From the NCBI GenBank assembly GCA_010093815.1, contig ML996566.1: 64,000 nucleotides of DNA; one strand, 5' to 3'. The notes beneath the pieces were generated by a model. That model was not told the DNA's origin. It saw only the letters and a program-made list of their open reading frames with translations, and searched no databases. This document shows, one piece after another, positions 1-17,013 of this stretch. Positions within the stretch are counted from its first letter, which is position 1. Every line of letters starts with the position of its first letter. The stretch comes from Pseudovirgaria hyperparasitica. Its lineage: Eukaryota. The position numbers were made by a program, and so were the translations under genes.

Positions 1-1197
1 CCCGTCGCAACGCCCGATGTTGGAAAGCGGCATACCCGCCCGCTTCGGATGGAAAATCTAGACACTGACATTCCCCCTCGATCTATCGCCCTCGAAACCA
101 CGATTACGGCTATATCAAGTAGGGAAGACAACAGTTATCTACCATTCATTGGCCAACTAGGCCTTCGCAAGGCTGCAGCGTCTCATGTGTCTCGAATGAC
201 CGGAGGCGTTACTCAGTACTCTGGTGAGAACAATTGCGTTATCACAGCTGGTGGCCTCAGTGGGGTTCTAAACACGCTATTTTCAACTGTCGAGCCTGGC
301 GAAGGTGTTCTGTTGACTGATCCCACTTACATCGGACTTATTAATCGTGTGAAGCTCGTCGGGGCTATACCAGTCCTCCTACCGCTAGAATTCCACTCAG
401 GTAACCCGTGGAGATTCCCGCGTGAAACCTTGCTTGACTTCATCGAGTCCTCACAGGCTAAGGATAACATTCGGATCACTGCTATTTTATTGAGTTCACC
501 AGCGATGCCGTCTGGGATGTACCTCAATGAGGAGGACTGGCGAGCCGTGGCAGATGTCTGCATTGCCCGTGATATGTTACTGATCTACGATGCTGCATTC
601 GAACGACTTCTCTTTGACGACCGAACAGTCGTTCATCCCGCTTCATTCCATGGGATGGAGGAAAGGACTATTACCATTGGAAGTGCGTCAAAAGAGCTGC
701 GCCTGATTGGATGGCGTGTGGGTTGGGTAGTTGGACCGACCTGGGTGATTGCTGATATACGGCTAGTGGGGATGGCAAATGTTGTCGTCCCTGTTGGGAT
801 CGCCCAGAAAGCAGCGAGGGTAGCCCTGGAAGATTCCGATAATGACTGTCTTGAGTTCACCAGGGAGTTGCAAGCCAGACGCGACCTATTGATAAAGGAG
901 CTGAAGGGTCTCCCAATAGGTATCCCGGCTGGGGGATGGTCTTTTGTCCTTCAAGTTGAGAACGGGGCGGAAGCATCAAGAGCATTAATGGAAGCAGGAA
1001 TATACGTCACTCCGATGAATGGCTGGGGAAATACTCATGGTAAAAATTTCATCAGATTCGTATTCTCGAATGAGCCGTGCCATCGACTGGAGGGTATTGG
1101 CATGAAGGTGAGAGCTGCGCTTAGACTCTCATACCAGTCTTACGACTCGGAGATCACAAGAAAGTGCTTTTTATGCAATGTTTGTTCACTCGTATAA
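1..1197 (+). CDS. PLP-dependent aminotransferase class I/II (5' end probably outside the window)
   Basis: Frame is open from base 1 into ORF 49..1197. Motifs LIYDAAF, GSASKELRLIGWRVGW (PLP lysine) and FIRFVF. No intron visible. Confidence 0.9.
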   Translation, partial: PVATPDVGKRHTRPLRMENLDTDIPPRSIALETTITAISSREDNSYLPFIGQLGLRKAAASHVSRMTGGVTQYSGENNCVITAGGLSGVLNTLFSTVEPGEGVLLTDPTYIGLINRVKLVGAIPVLLPLEFHSGNPWRFPRETLLDFIESSQAKDNIRITAILLSSPAMPSGMYLNEEDWRAVADVCIARDMLLIYDAAFERLLFDDRTVVHPASFHGMEERTITIGSASKELRLIGWRVGWVVGPTWVIADIRLVGMANVVVPVGIAQKAARVALEDSDNDCLEFTRELQARRDLLIKELKGLPIGIPAGGWSFVLQVENGAEASRALMEAGIYVTPMNGWGNTHGKNFIRFVFSNEPCHRLEGIGMKVRAALRLSYQSYDSEITRKCFLCNVCSLV

Positions 1198-2030
1198 TGG
1201 GGCAGGCAGTCAGAATCCTCAACAGTGCATTGCCAAGAATATTGGATATCTGGTTGCCTTGAGGGCTGGATCTAAATCTCCACATGTTGGACTAGTCCCA
1301 ACTATGCTTTTCGAATTGTTCTTATAGCAATGCGACATCGTAAGAAGGGCATGTATCAGCTCGACGATCAGACCATAAGGCCCTCCATCCTCATTCAGGT
1401 GAGGCTGCACATGGCACTGCCACTGCGCATCCATCGTCTCGTGGGGGCCTCAAAGAACAGTACCCACTGGCTGTGGCTGGTGTGCAGGCCTGTTTCTCAT
1501 GGAGGACGCCAAAGGTTGATCGACGGCCACTCAAGCATCTTTTCGGATTAGACGAGTTCTATATTTATATAAACATAGGCAGGTCACAGGTGGTCGCACG
1601 GACCCCTGCAGATGAAGCTCAACTCCATAAATGTTTTTTTTTAAAATACTCGTTGGATTAGATGGTCGGAACACATCACCTGTTATGCCAACCAGTCTCA
1701 ACACATCTTCAACTACCCAGCTACGATACCATCACGTTCGCGCACAAGTAAGAGTCTTAACAGTAGTAGCATCATCACCCGAACGAAGATGCAGAGCCGG
1801 TCAAAATTTTCATCTCCTATTGATCAGCATTTTCCATCCAGCGACCTCAAAGTGGCGGCTTAGCCATCATCGGCCGAGCGTTCTAGTCCCGCGCCAATAG
1901 ATGGGTTGTTCCGTTATCTCCTACTTAGTCTTCTTTTCGCCACCTTAAATTCATTCTCGAATGCTGCCTTAGTTGTTGTGTATCAATTCTGCTACCTAGT
2001 TCCGGTGTGAAGAACCTAGGTAGTTGAGCG

Positions 2031-4021
2031 ATGCCGTTGGGTCCGGTTGATAATGGCTCCAAACATAGAGCCCCTTCTACGACTCGCGAAAATGCTTCTT
2101 TAACCCCTGCCGAATCAACCTCGTATTCAGATGGCACTTCTACAAGCAGCTCAAGTTCCAAAGGGTCTAGGACATATGTCCATATTCAAAGCTCCATGGA
2201 AAGTCGACCGGCTCCAGAAGTTAAGCCACTTGATGGCGCCAGAGAACGGACACCTATGGGCGCACGAGTCCATCCTGTATATACGGCGCCAAAACCAGCA
2301 TTACGCTTTGTCAACATCACAGACCCAAAGCAAACCAAGACAGACAGATTCAAGACGGATGTGCGCAGTCAGGCTATGACTAGTCACATGTGGAACAAAG
2401 GAACTCGTCCACAAGGAATCACGAAAAAGGACTCAGTGCCCGCGCCTGGCTCCTCTCTCGCCGCCCTCAAGAAGCGTATCCTCGAAGACGCCAAGGCTCT
2501 GCGCGAGTCCAATGATGATATTGAGGAAGTCGAGTCATACGGTAGCATACTACTTCGACGTGCTCCTGAGATGGACGGCTATAAGAACGACCCATTTGGT
2601 CTATTCCCCACCATCGAGGGCGATATTCATGTGAATGTTCCCCAATTGGTGCATCACGGTTGGTACTTTCAAGACTCTTTATCAATCGTAGCCCTAACTC
2701 GGCCAGGCATTCGAATGTATTCGACCGATCATATCGACATCCTATCATTTTGGACTCATTCAATTGACCCCCTGACCATTATTCCAAGTATGCTCGTCAT
2801 CTCCGAGCACATTGACCTCCTCAATGGCTTGTCTCGTGACAGCAGGAGAACAGTCGCCTTACGATCGAAGTCCTTGTCACTTCTCAATGATCATCTACAG
2901 AACCCCGCAAGTATTGATGACGACTTGACGATAATGACGATAACGAAGATGTTGTCCTCGGAGCAAATCACTTATGGCGACGGCGTAAAGGTGCATCAGA
3001 GCGCGCTACAGGGCGTAGTAAATGGGAGAGGTGGTCTACTGGTGATGCAACAAAAGACACCATTCATGGGACCCTATGTTACAAGGTACGTGCATCCGTA
3101 GTTCACGGGGCTGATCTTTTTTTGCCCTGTTGACGTCTCGGTAGTGTTGTTCTCTATCATTGTGTGATACATGAAATACAACCAGCACCACACTGGACCA
3201 ACTTCCCACCACATCAGTACCGGTTTGCCACCACGATAGCGCATCAAGGCGCAAAGCATGCAGACCTTCATGGAGATAGTTCAAGTGCAAGCGTCTATTC
3301 TCCTCACATGAAGCGTGGACCAAAAATGGGCTTCATTGGCCAATTGGTCGAGCCCTTCGCCGACCCCTCAGAGCTCGTTGAGTTCCTCCCTATCCGCCAA
3401 AGTAAATACTTCTCCAAACACGCACACGACCTGCTCATTACCCTCCGAAACACCATAAACATTTTTCTTGACCTCTCCGATGACGCTCGACAGTCCGACG
3501 CGCTACATCGAAAACCATCCACCATGGAGGACATCCAATCAGACCTCAAAGCTGTCCTCCTCCACACCCAGCTCTTGCCTTCGGCCGCAGATCTATCTTC
3601 ACAGAACCCCGTCGCCGGAGACTGGCTGTATGAATGCTGCCGTCTGACCTGCCTCGTCGCATTCACATTCATGTATCTACGCATACCCTTCTCACAATCA
3701 AACCACCTTCTCGCCGAGCGCTACTCGTCCGTGCTCCCAACCACAGCCTTTGGCGCTGCGCTGCTACGAACCGATCTCACCAACCTCTGGAGCGATATGT
3801 CGGCGATTCTCACGTTTCTAGTCATTATCATGGCCGCAGCAGCGGCGAAGATCACGCCTGCGAGTAAAGAGCATGATTATAGAGCGCGCAAGTGGATCAT
3901 CATGACGTATATGCGGTCCTGTATCACGCTGGGGTTTGAGCCGGGATGGGCATTCAATGGGTTGTTGAGGCTGCTTGTTGATGTTCAGGCTCAGCTCACA
4001 GAGGGCCAAGACGAGTTATGA
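2031..4021 (+). CDS. Fungal-specific transcription-factor-domain protein (Fungal_trans_2-like, no Zn cluster seen)
   Basis: ORFs 2031..3101 and 3164..4021 joined by intron ~3086-3144 (GTACGT..TAG). A probable in-frame 48-nt intron lies at 2659-2706 (GTTGGT..CTAAC..CAG). Motifs FVNITDP..VRSQAM, DPFGLFP, HQSALQGVVNGRGG, YECCRL. Confidence 0.65.
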
Positions 4022-4145
4022 CGCTCCGGAGGGCGTTGCTTTGGACGTCGATTTCTGCTGTTACGCATAGTGATGCTTTCGATCTTTGTATACCCTTCCT
4101 TGTTGATATCCCATCCAACCCCTATCTCACCATCGCAAGACCTCT

Positions 4146-4890
4146 TCATAGCACCCTCGTCGCAATTGGCTTCCACTCCCCGATCCCACGATCCGTCGGC
4201 ACAAGCCATACGACACCTCCCTCCCAGCCTCCCATCTGCCCTCTATCTCCCTCCTCCCTCTCCTCTCCCTCTTCAGCACCCAACTTCACACCCGCATCCC
4301 TCACACAAGCCTCTACCTTCGCAATCTTCCCCTCATCAACCTTCTCATCCGAACTACCCTGCGTCAGCTCCCGTCCGCCCATCCCCTCCCGTCCACCAGG
4401 AACGTGATAAAAATAAATGCACTCACTAAACCAAGCTCAAATGCGGCCTATACTCCTCCCGCACCCACTCGCGTGCTTTCTGTTCATCGCCGCCCAACAC
4501 ACCTTCTCGACGGGCGACTTGCGCTAGCTCTCTCAGCCCCCCGGCACTCGACCCATCACAGATCTTGATATAGCACCTCCGAAACACATAGTCCTCCGTA
4601 CACACCCTGTCAAACCTCACGCTCACACCCACGCCCGCAGTCACACCTTCGTCTTGCTTCCCGTCACGCCTGCCCCCATGCGGCGGGAACGGCAGTGCAT
4701 CGAGCCAGGCCTGCGGACCGGATGTTGCGTACAGTGAAGGCGGGATGTTGGATGTAAGGGTGATATGAGGTGCGAAGGGTGGGGCCGAGGGGTCGAGGCG
4801 GGGTGGGAGTGTTTGTGTGATGAGGGCTGTAAGGATTGGGGTGAGGGGATGAGATGGGGGCGGGATCAGCCAGAGGGATGAGCCTGGCAT
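4146..4890 (-). CDS. CPD1: 2',3'-cyclic-nucleotide 3'-phosphodiesterase (2H phosphoesterase, CPDase)
   Basis: MPGSSLWLIPP start and two HxT/S motifs (PHITL, PHLSL). Intron 4426-4354 (GTGAGT..CTGAC..TAG) gives HLSLVY|SDEK, continuing to VWLVPTD..W. Confidence 0.85.
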
Positions 4891-5497
4891 GGTGGGCTGT
4901 TGTGAGGTGGTTGGTGTTTACGTTGATGGACGGAGGGATGGAGACGGGGTTGAGTTCAGCTTTATGGACAGGGAGGGCTAGGTAGCTCGGAGCTATGTTC
5001 GGAAGATTTGGTTGGGGGGTGACACAAGGACCGCAGAGGTGGAGTGCTTTTATCTTGGGCTTGTTTAATCCAAGAGCAAGGGGAATGGAGTTGATGTTGT
5101 CTCTTTGCTGGTGGTATGTGGAGCTACGAATATTGAGAGCTCTAGAAGAGAATCATGGAAGGAAACTAGTTGTGTAGGAGATCAAGAATCTCAGGCACTT
5201 GTATAAAGGAGAGTATGCTCTTATAGTTACCACGAAGAGCTCAACATTGAGAGAATCACATCATGTGTCTCCAATACACGAAGACGACGATTTTGATATT
5301 GGTGCAATATTAAATGAATGGAACTGATGCTGATCCCCCGGACCGATACCGGCGCCAAGCTAGGCAAGTTAGCGCAGCCGAGAGCCGAAGCCGCCCCGCA
5401 TCGATCTGGTTATCAGATGGATCGATCAGATAATGCACAGTCGGACCGCATCCATGAAGTCATCTCCAACATCTTCGGCCACAGCACACACACACAT

Positions 5498-6813
5498 ATG
5501 TCTGGCAACACCAACACAGACATCCTACTGGTAAGCCAATTACACCGCACACTCTGCTCTCCCCTCTTCTGCCCTCAAGCCGCATCAATTCACAGTCCTA
5601 ATCACCCTCACAGGCCGGCGCAGTTGCAGCCTTCACAGTCGACCTCCTCGTCTACCCACTCGACACCATAAAAACACGCCTTCAAAGCCCGAACTATAAG
5701 ACTCTCTTCACGAACAGCACAAATGGCACCGTCGACCGCGCTCTCTTCCGTGGCGTCTACCAGGGCATCGGCAGCGTCATTCTCGCGACTCTCCCCTCCT
5801 GTACGTCTCTTCCTCCCTCCCCAAACACTCGTCCTCCCTCCTTCCCATACACCAATAGACCATACTGACCCCCTATTCTTCCACGCCCAACAGCAGGCGC
5901 ATTCTTCACCACCTACGAAGGCGCAAAGAGCATCTACACAACAACCCTAACCCGCTCCGGCACACAAACCACCCTCCTCCCCCTCCCCCTCATCCACGCC
6001 CTCGCCAGCGCAACAGCCGAGCTAATCTCCTGCGCAATCCTCACCCCAGCCGAAGTAATCAAGCAAAACGCCCAAATGGTCCAAAAACAACCCTCCCAAA
6101 CACACAACACCACAAGTAAACCCCCCTCCACAAACGCCACCCTCTCCACCCTCCGCCGCTTCCAACACAACCCCCTCGCCCTCTGGCGCGGCTATGCCGC
6201 CCTCGCAGGCCGCAACCTGCCATTCACAGCACTCCAATTCCCGCTTTTCGAGCGGCTCAAGGAGCGCGGCAAGGCGTATCGGGATGAGCGTGGGACGCGC
6301 ACCGGGTCTGTGCTGGAGACGGGGGTAATCACGGCGCTGAGTGCGGGGAGTGCGGGGAGTGTGGCGGCTGTGCTGACGACGCCGGTGGATGTGGTCAAGA
6401 CGCGCATCATGCTGGGTGCGGTGGATGATGCTTCCGCTGCCACAGCGAGGAGTGCAGGGACGGAGGGGAGTGGTAATGGTAATGGTAATGGTAATGGTAA
6501 TAGCGGCGGTAATAAGAGGACACAGGGGCGAAGTAATGGCACTACTACTGGCAACACGAGCGGCCTCGTCGACGCATTAGGTCAAAACATCAAACGAGGC
6601 GCTACAAGCGCAAAACAAATCGCAAGCACGGGGAGCAAAACACGCAAAAGCAGCCTCGCAATCGCAAAGGAAATCGTACGAGATCAGGGGTTCAAGGGCT
6701 TATGGCGAGGCGGTGCGCTCAGGGCCGTGTGGACCATGCTGGGCAGCGGCTTGTATCTGGGCGTGTACGAGAGCGGGAGGATATACCTGGCGAACCGGCG
6801 CGCGGAGGGATAA
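5498..6813 (+). CDS. PET8: Mitochondrial carrier, S-adenosylmethionine transporter-like
   Basis: ATG at 5498 with two introns (GTAAGC ~5531, GTACGT ~5800). Carrier signatures YPLDTIKTR, TPAEVIKQ, TPVDVVKTR, plus RNLPFTALQFPLFE. Confidence 0.8.
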
Positions 6814-7529
6814 TTAAACTAAAAAGTTGGTGATAGAATTTTTTCTGTATGTAAATATAAGAACAACTTGAATGGGGAACAAATGAAACCCAATATTATG
6901 ACCGGCGGAAGTTAAACGACTGCGATCTAGACAATTTTTTAGACTTGGTACATGTATATATTAATCCAGGGATCAGTTATCCATGGAGGACAAAAGGTCT
7001 ACTTTAATGCCAGGCTGCCAGCGACGTTGGAGCGAGTCAATAACCAGAGCATATATGCTAGAGACGCTGAATTCTTTACTATGAATGAATCAACACGCTG
7101 ATGCAAATCAATGTCATTTTTTTTGGTTTCGCGACTCCTCAACCCCTCAGTACCCGATCTAGCAGGCCACACGCCGTCCCATCATTTGTCATATGCTTTG
7201 CGCCAACACACCCCTGCGCTCATGCTATATGCCCCCAGTCCCCCAGTCCATACACAGACACACATATACACCTGCATACGTGCGCCACGCTCCGCACAAA
7301 GTATCCAAATAGCGTGTCCGGCTTGACCGACTTCATCCATAAACACACACACACACAAGGACGCCGATGGTTGTGGTCATGAGTTGGAATGCTCCTGTCG
7401 ACTAGGTTCCCACATCTAGCATCACCACCACTCGCCCCTACTCCCGAGCCATCAGCCGCGTCAGCCACCCCAAGTCCACCTATGCGACAATCATAAATAA
7501 GCCTTAGACTAATCTTTGCGTGCGTTTAA

Positions 7530-11427
<3,898 letters not shown>

Positions 11428-13006
11428 GGTCACGGTATTTCGTCCTGTGGACGTGGTAGTGGATGTTTAAGGATAAAGAGCCAGCCGAGTGGGCGGGGCT
11501 GTTGACGCAAAAGACGCAGCTCCTGGCGTGCGCGTACGCGTTTGGTGACGAACCGGAGAGGAATGAAGATTTGTGACTGTAAATGGAAAGGGTTCGGTGG
11601 AGTCCTGAAGAGTGGGAAGGGGGTTCAGGGACGACCTTAAGTGTTAGGAGCTGTCGGTCTGCAAACTTTCGGAAGTCGGGCTCCTCTGGTGATGTCAAAA
11701 GCCAATAGTGCGACCTGCTGAGCCACACTGGGTAGAGCTGAGGTGGAGGCAGCGATTGGTTGGGCAGTCAAGGACTCAACAGGGGCGGCGGGCAGTCCAG
11801 ACAATATTGTCGTCGCCGTCGCTACTCAGCGAGAAGATGTCGATATTGTTTGGCAGGTATTGAGAGTTGAGGGTGGTGCAGTTTGCAGTGTGCAGCCTTG
11901 TGAGTTGCTAGAGTAGTGGGGTTGTGTGTGTGCGGTTTTGGCGCGGGGAAGGAATCCATAGCGCTGGTGGGAGCGAGGTGAATGACTGGGAGCTCGGCAA
12001 AACCATATTATTAACGTGTCAGCGATTATAAGGCATTGTTACTTGGATATTTACATTGTATCTAGTACGTACATCCCAGTAGTGAGTTGTGGAGTAGCCA
12101 TGTCAACCCACGTTGTTTATCATCAATTTGGTCGAGTCCAGTGTCTAGGGCACCCAAACATTCATCAGGTACCATCAGCATGGAACAACCTTGGGATTCA
12201 TGAATATTCGTGTGCTGTCCGGCACCATCTACTGTCTACGCACGTGGATGACATGAAGTGCGGTGCCATTAAGCTGATGTCAGTCAGGCTCTACTCCTTT
12301 GATCAACAGACTGATAGTCGTTAACTGTGTTTCGATAGTAGTATCAAAACAGACGTCCAGTAGTGGTCAGCATCTAGGTGGTCCAACCCAGCATGAGGTC
12401 ATGTACTTGGCATTTGATCGAAGCCACAGCACACACGTTGCTTGATGGCAAGCTTATACTGTGTTACAACAATGTCGACACGTAAATTACACGTAGGTTC
12501 CATATTGACCAGAAAACGCGTATATTACCTGGTTGAGCTTGTCGAAATATAGATGAATGGAAGCAACTGGAAGGTGTGGATATTGACTCGTACTGACGTG
12601 TAACTACTTCTTACTTATCGCTCGTCGCATGTATTAAGCCAGGTGGTGCTGCTCATCAGTTGTGGGGCATGGAGAAGAGAAAATGGAGAGTGATCCAAGA
12701 GAGCAGCTGTTTTTGTATTCTCCTCGCACAGATGAGAGAGATGGCAGTCGGCAGCGGAAAAAGAGGGAGCCGAGCAGCGGACTGGGCAATGGGATAAATC
12801 ATAGCAAATCGGCGAGTTGGAGCAACAGGAGCTGGCCAGGTGGAGGTTTTGATCGTAGCGTCGGCCCGCAATTGCTTGGGTTCATCGGCTTCTGACTTGT
12901 GTAGTGTGATTAATTGGTCGGGATCCACTTGATACTTGTCCATGTCCTAGGAGAGATGGGAAATTTGCAAGCTTGGAAGAGAAAAACCCCCAGCAGCCCC
13001 GACCTT

Positions 13007-13067
13007 GAAATGCCTTAGATGCCTTAAATGCCTGAAATGCCTGAAATGATGCCTGAAAGGCAATGCC
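13007..13067 (+). repeat. 9-bp tandem repeat (KARATGCCT) x~5
   Basis: gaaatgcct tagatgcct taaatgcct gaaatgcct gaaatgatgcct gaaaggc. Confidence 0.85.
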
Positions 13068-14142
13068 AAACCCTTGCCTGACGACCCTGTTGCCGCTGCC
13101 GCCGCCCCCTTGTTGCCTGCCCGTTGCTTGCTGCTTGTTGCCGGCTGCCGGCTGCCGTGGTCCCTGTGTCCCTGTCGCCCGCCCTGTCGTCTGTATACCA
13201 TAACCATAGTAGACTCTACCTAGCCCTGCTCATTTTACCAGCTTTAATTTCATGAGCCTCTTCTTTCCAATTCAACAATCATCTGTCGATCTGACTGATG
13301 CTGAGTGTGCTTGTTGCAAAGTCACCTCTCTCCCATTGCATGTCAGCCGTCTTACGTGCTCGCTGCAGACCCCCACAGCTGCACACGCGCGTCCGTGAGA
13401 GCCCAAGCCGTGGCCGTAGTCTCACCACCACGGCGACAGACGATCAGCAACGCCATGCCGAGAATGAGGGGAGGACATCGGAAGAGACGGAATCCAAATA
13501 GCCACAAATTCCATCACGGCCTCCGTGTTTGCGCTGATCTGCTAGCCGGTCCCTGTCGCCATCTCGCCTGTATCCTATCCACATCTCGCCCGCCTACCTG
13601 CGCATCTGTTTCAACACTTCCTTCGCAGTACTATACTTCAACGCTCTGTAGCTTTCTTGCTCTCCCTTTGATCCACGTTGTTACCAGTTGTTCTGCCCGT
13701 CCGCTGTGTTCCGATCCTCCGGTCGTGTAGATTACGTCGTCCAGCACTATATCGTCGATATTGGCTAGCTCCATTGCTGCAAGTCCTCCCATTGGTCCAC
13801 CAAAGTTCACGACCTGAGCTTCAACACGTCTCCGCACTGTCCGTTTCCCTGTCTCACCACCGAACTGAGCCTGAGGACGGTTGGATCCGTTCTCAGACTT
13901 TGTCAACCGTCAAGATTAATTCTAGTGCTCCGCTTGCCAACATCCTCGACTCCGGCCCACTGCCTCCCACCGTGAGCTCGAATGTCGAGCAATCTGCGCG
14001 CAATGTAGGAGGCTACCATTCATTGCACCATGGCGTCTCCCCCACTCAAGATGCTTCCTCCGCTCTACAGTCCTCACGTCCTGCTACACTGCCTGGTTCG
14101 AGGTTCGGTGCCTCGAATGCATCGCGTGCAGAAGAGCCTCGT

Positions 14143-17013
14143 ATGCGAGGATTAAGGTCATCTATCGCTTGCGCCCGCTGCCGTCGAAGCAAAGTCAAGT
14201 GTGTGAACAACGGGGTCAATACCACTTGTAGGGCCTGTGAGACATCAGGGAGGCAATGTACATACCCTCCTCCTGCGACCGGTGGTGTTGCGGCTCGAAG
14301 AGAAGCTGCTTTAGGAGTTGCGAGTGCAGACAGTCTTGCTCCAGGCGATGTGAGTACGCGCATATCTGCTGCGTAGAGGCATAGCGTCAGCAGCTCTATA
14401 ATGGAAATACGCTAATGTTAAACTCTCAGGGATCACGTCGACCACCACGCTCGAGGAAAGCCGGCAATAATCTCTCAGACGGCTATCCTGCGAAAGAATC
14501 GTCCAAACCATTTTTGGATGCTCTTGACCCCTCTATAATCACACCACAAACCTGGACAGAGCTCGTAAGAAAAAGGTGAATCATGAACAGATTCCAATCA
14601 GCTAATCAAGCTACAGTTCGACATCTTCCAGTTACATTATTCCACAGACCTACCCTTCTTGCATCCGCCTACGTTCCAGAAACCCCTCAGAAAGTCTGCA
14701 CTTCATTCTCCAATCACAAACAACCCAGAAAAGGCGCCACCTTTGACACCTCCAGCCTCCTCGCTGCTGTTGCTTGCCTTTCTAGCCCTGACCTCCCGAT
14801 TCCACTCCACCTTGATCGTACACCATTCTTCTTCGAAAAATCCTTTGGTAGCAGCTGAATACTATGCCTCAGCAGCCAAGGATAAGCTGAGTGGGATATA
14901 TGGTGAAGATATGGGTAAGCCGGATCTTGAACGTATCCAAGCACTTCTCATGCTTGGCCTGCATGAATGGAGCATGTGCCGGGGTGCCAAGGCCTGGATC
15001 ATGATCGGAGGAGCGGTACGAACAGCTCAGATACTTGGGCTTCAATTTGAGCAAGAGTTAGACGATCAGCCTTTATCAAGCTCAGTAGCCTTGAATGTTG
15101 AAGCTCATCACATCGGCATTCACCGAGACCGTGGAGGGATGACATCCCGAGGAGAAACCTTCACCGAGCAAGAAGTCCGGAGACGAACTTTTTGGAGTTG
15201 TTTCATTATGGATCGTTACCTGAGCAGTGGAAAATATAGACCACAGATGCTGGACGTCAAAGACTTAAGGATTCAGTTACCCAGTAGTGACCGTGCATTC
15301 TTATTCGGGGAAAAGGTTCGAACTGCTCTACTTGGCGACGAACTCAACCAAGGCAGTTCGCGCTCCGAGGTTCAGAACAATCGTCAGGCATCTTTGCAGC
15401 GTGTAGATCGCGGTAGGCAGTCATTCGACTCGCGTTCAAGTGATACCGAGAAAGGACGATGGGAAGTGAATCAAGACGAAGGAGTCTTGAGTCGCTTCAT
15501 CAGGATCCTGGACCTTCATGGAAAAGTTGTCAAATGGTCATGTGCTGGAGGCCGACGGTAATGCACTCAACCGTTCTAGTCTCAGCTCGAGCTGACAATG
15601 TGACCGTAGGCAGGAACAACACCCACCTTGGGATCCTAGATGTACATGCTTCGAGCTTCGAAAGCTGCTAACAAATTTCAAGAATAGCTTACCTCGCGAT
15701 CTTACACTGTCGCCCGCCAACATCTCAGCCCACATAACTTCCAGAACATCAACCCCATTCACGTTGATGCACACGCTATGCACACTGTCCAGTGTGATTC
15801 TACATCGCGAATATGTGCCGTTCATTCCGATCCGATCAGCCAAACCTCAAGGACCTCTTGATCCTCCAACATTTCCACCCGAGGAATATCAAACGCCGCC
15901 CGGATTTTGGGAAGAAAGCGCCAGGGAGATTTTCAAATCAGCTAGGGAGTTTGTTGATCTGATTCGGATGTGTCAAGAGTGGGAGGTATTGGTTGAAACG
16001 CCGATCATCGGGTTCGCAGCGTACACAGCAGCATTTTGTGGTGGGTACCGACCAGCCTCGTAATCTATCGCATAAGCTCAATTTCTACAGGTGTATATGC
16101 AATCAATTTCCCCTGGATGGATCCAGAAGGATACATGTGTAGCAGGAAAACCCAGGCAATGCCTGGAAATACGGGCAAAGAAGGTCTAGAAGCAGCCCGT
16201 AAAGCGTTGGAAGTTGTCGGCCAGTTGCGGATGCGGCTCAAGATGGCAGATGGATGGTTCAGAACCATCAAAAGGTGTCATCACTACTTTGTCCGTATGA
16301 AGAGGGACTTCAAGAAAAATTCGCAGGCATCAGAAACAGGCAGTGCCAATTCGACAGAATCTTACAGGCAGCTCAGCCTTCGTGAAGGAAGAGAAGGCGG
16401 TGGTCTGGAGGAATACAAGCTAATCGAAAATCTAATGAAAGAATTTGGCAGCACAGATGGCGAGGAATTGGAACTGATGGATGTCGATAGTGACCAAAGA
16501 AACATATTCGAGGGGACGAGCGAGAGCAGCGGCGCTAAAAGTGAAACCGATGGAAACGATGGTGCTATACAAAGTGCGTCTATACGTCAAGATCGGTGGA
16601 ATGCCATCAACAATAGCCAATCACTGGTATCGAACAGCTATTCACAGGCCTATCAGGCCGAGCAAGGAAATCACCCCCAGGCCCGCGGCTCAATGATGCC
16701 CATGGCATCTAACAGACCACCTTATGATGCAACGACTTCCTACGAGCGTGGTCCATACACTGCTATAACGCAATCATATGCAGATGCAGGCCATCGATCA
16801 TCCGCACCCTCGAATGACGTACAAGGGCAATCAGGACCATGGCCACCACCAGGACTTCGAGAGACCTGGCTGAACAACCTAGATACAAAATTTGGAGGTG
16901 ATGATGTTGCAGCTTTCGTGGCAGGTAACACTTGGCAGGAGTTCTCTGGTATGGGCGGCTGGCTCGGAAATGTTTTCAGCAGCGCACCACCCACGACCAC
17001 ATCAAACATGTAA
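14143..17013 (+). CDS. Zn(II)2Cys6 transcription factor with fungal-specific TF domain
   Basis: CARCRRSKVKC..CRACETSGRQC cluster and EVRRRTFWSCFIMDRYLSSG. Four introns (~14350, 14565, 15558, 16041). The first in-frame ATG is 14143; the true start may lie upstream. Confidence 0.92.

Noticed and set aside
1219..1900. Cluster of short ORFs, possible pseudogene
   Set aside because: No recognisable motif or splice pattern, so I cannot support a call.
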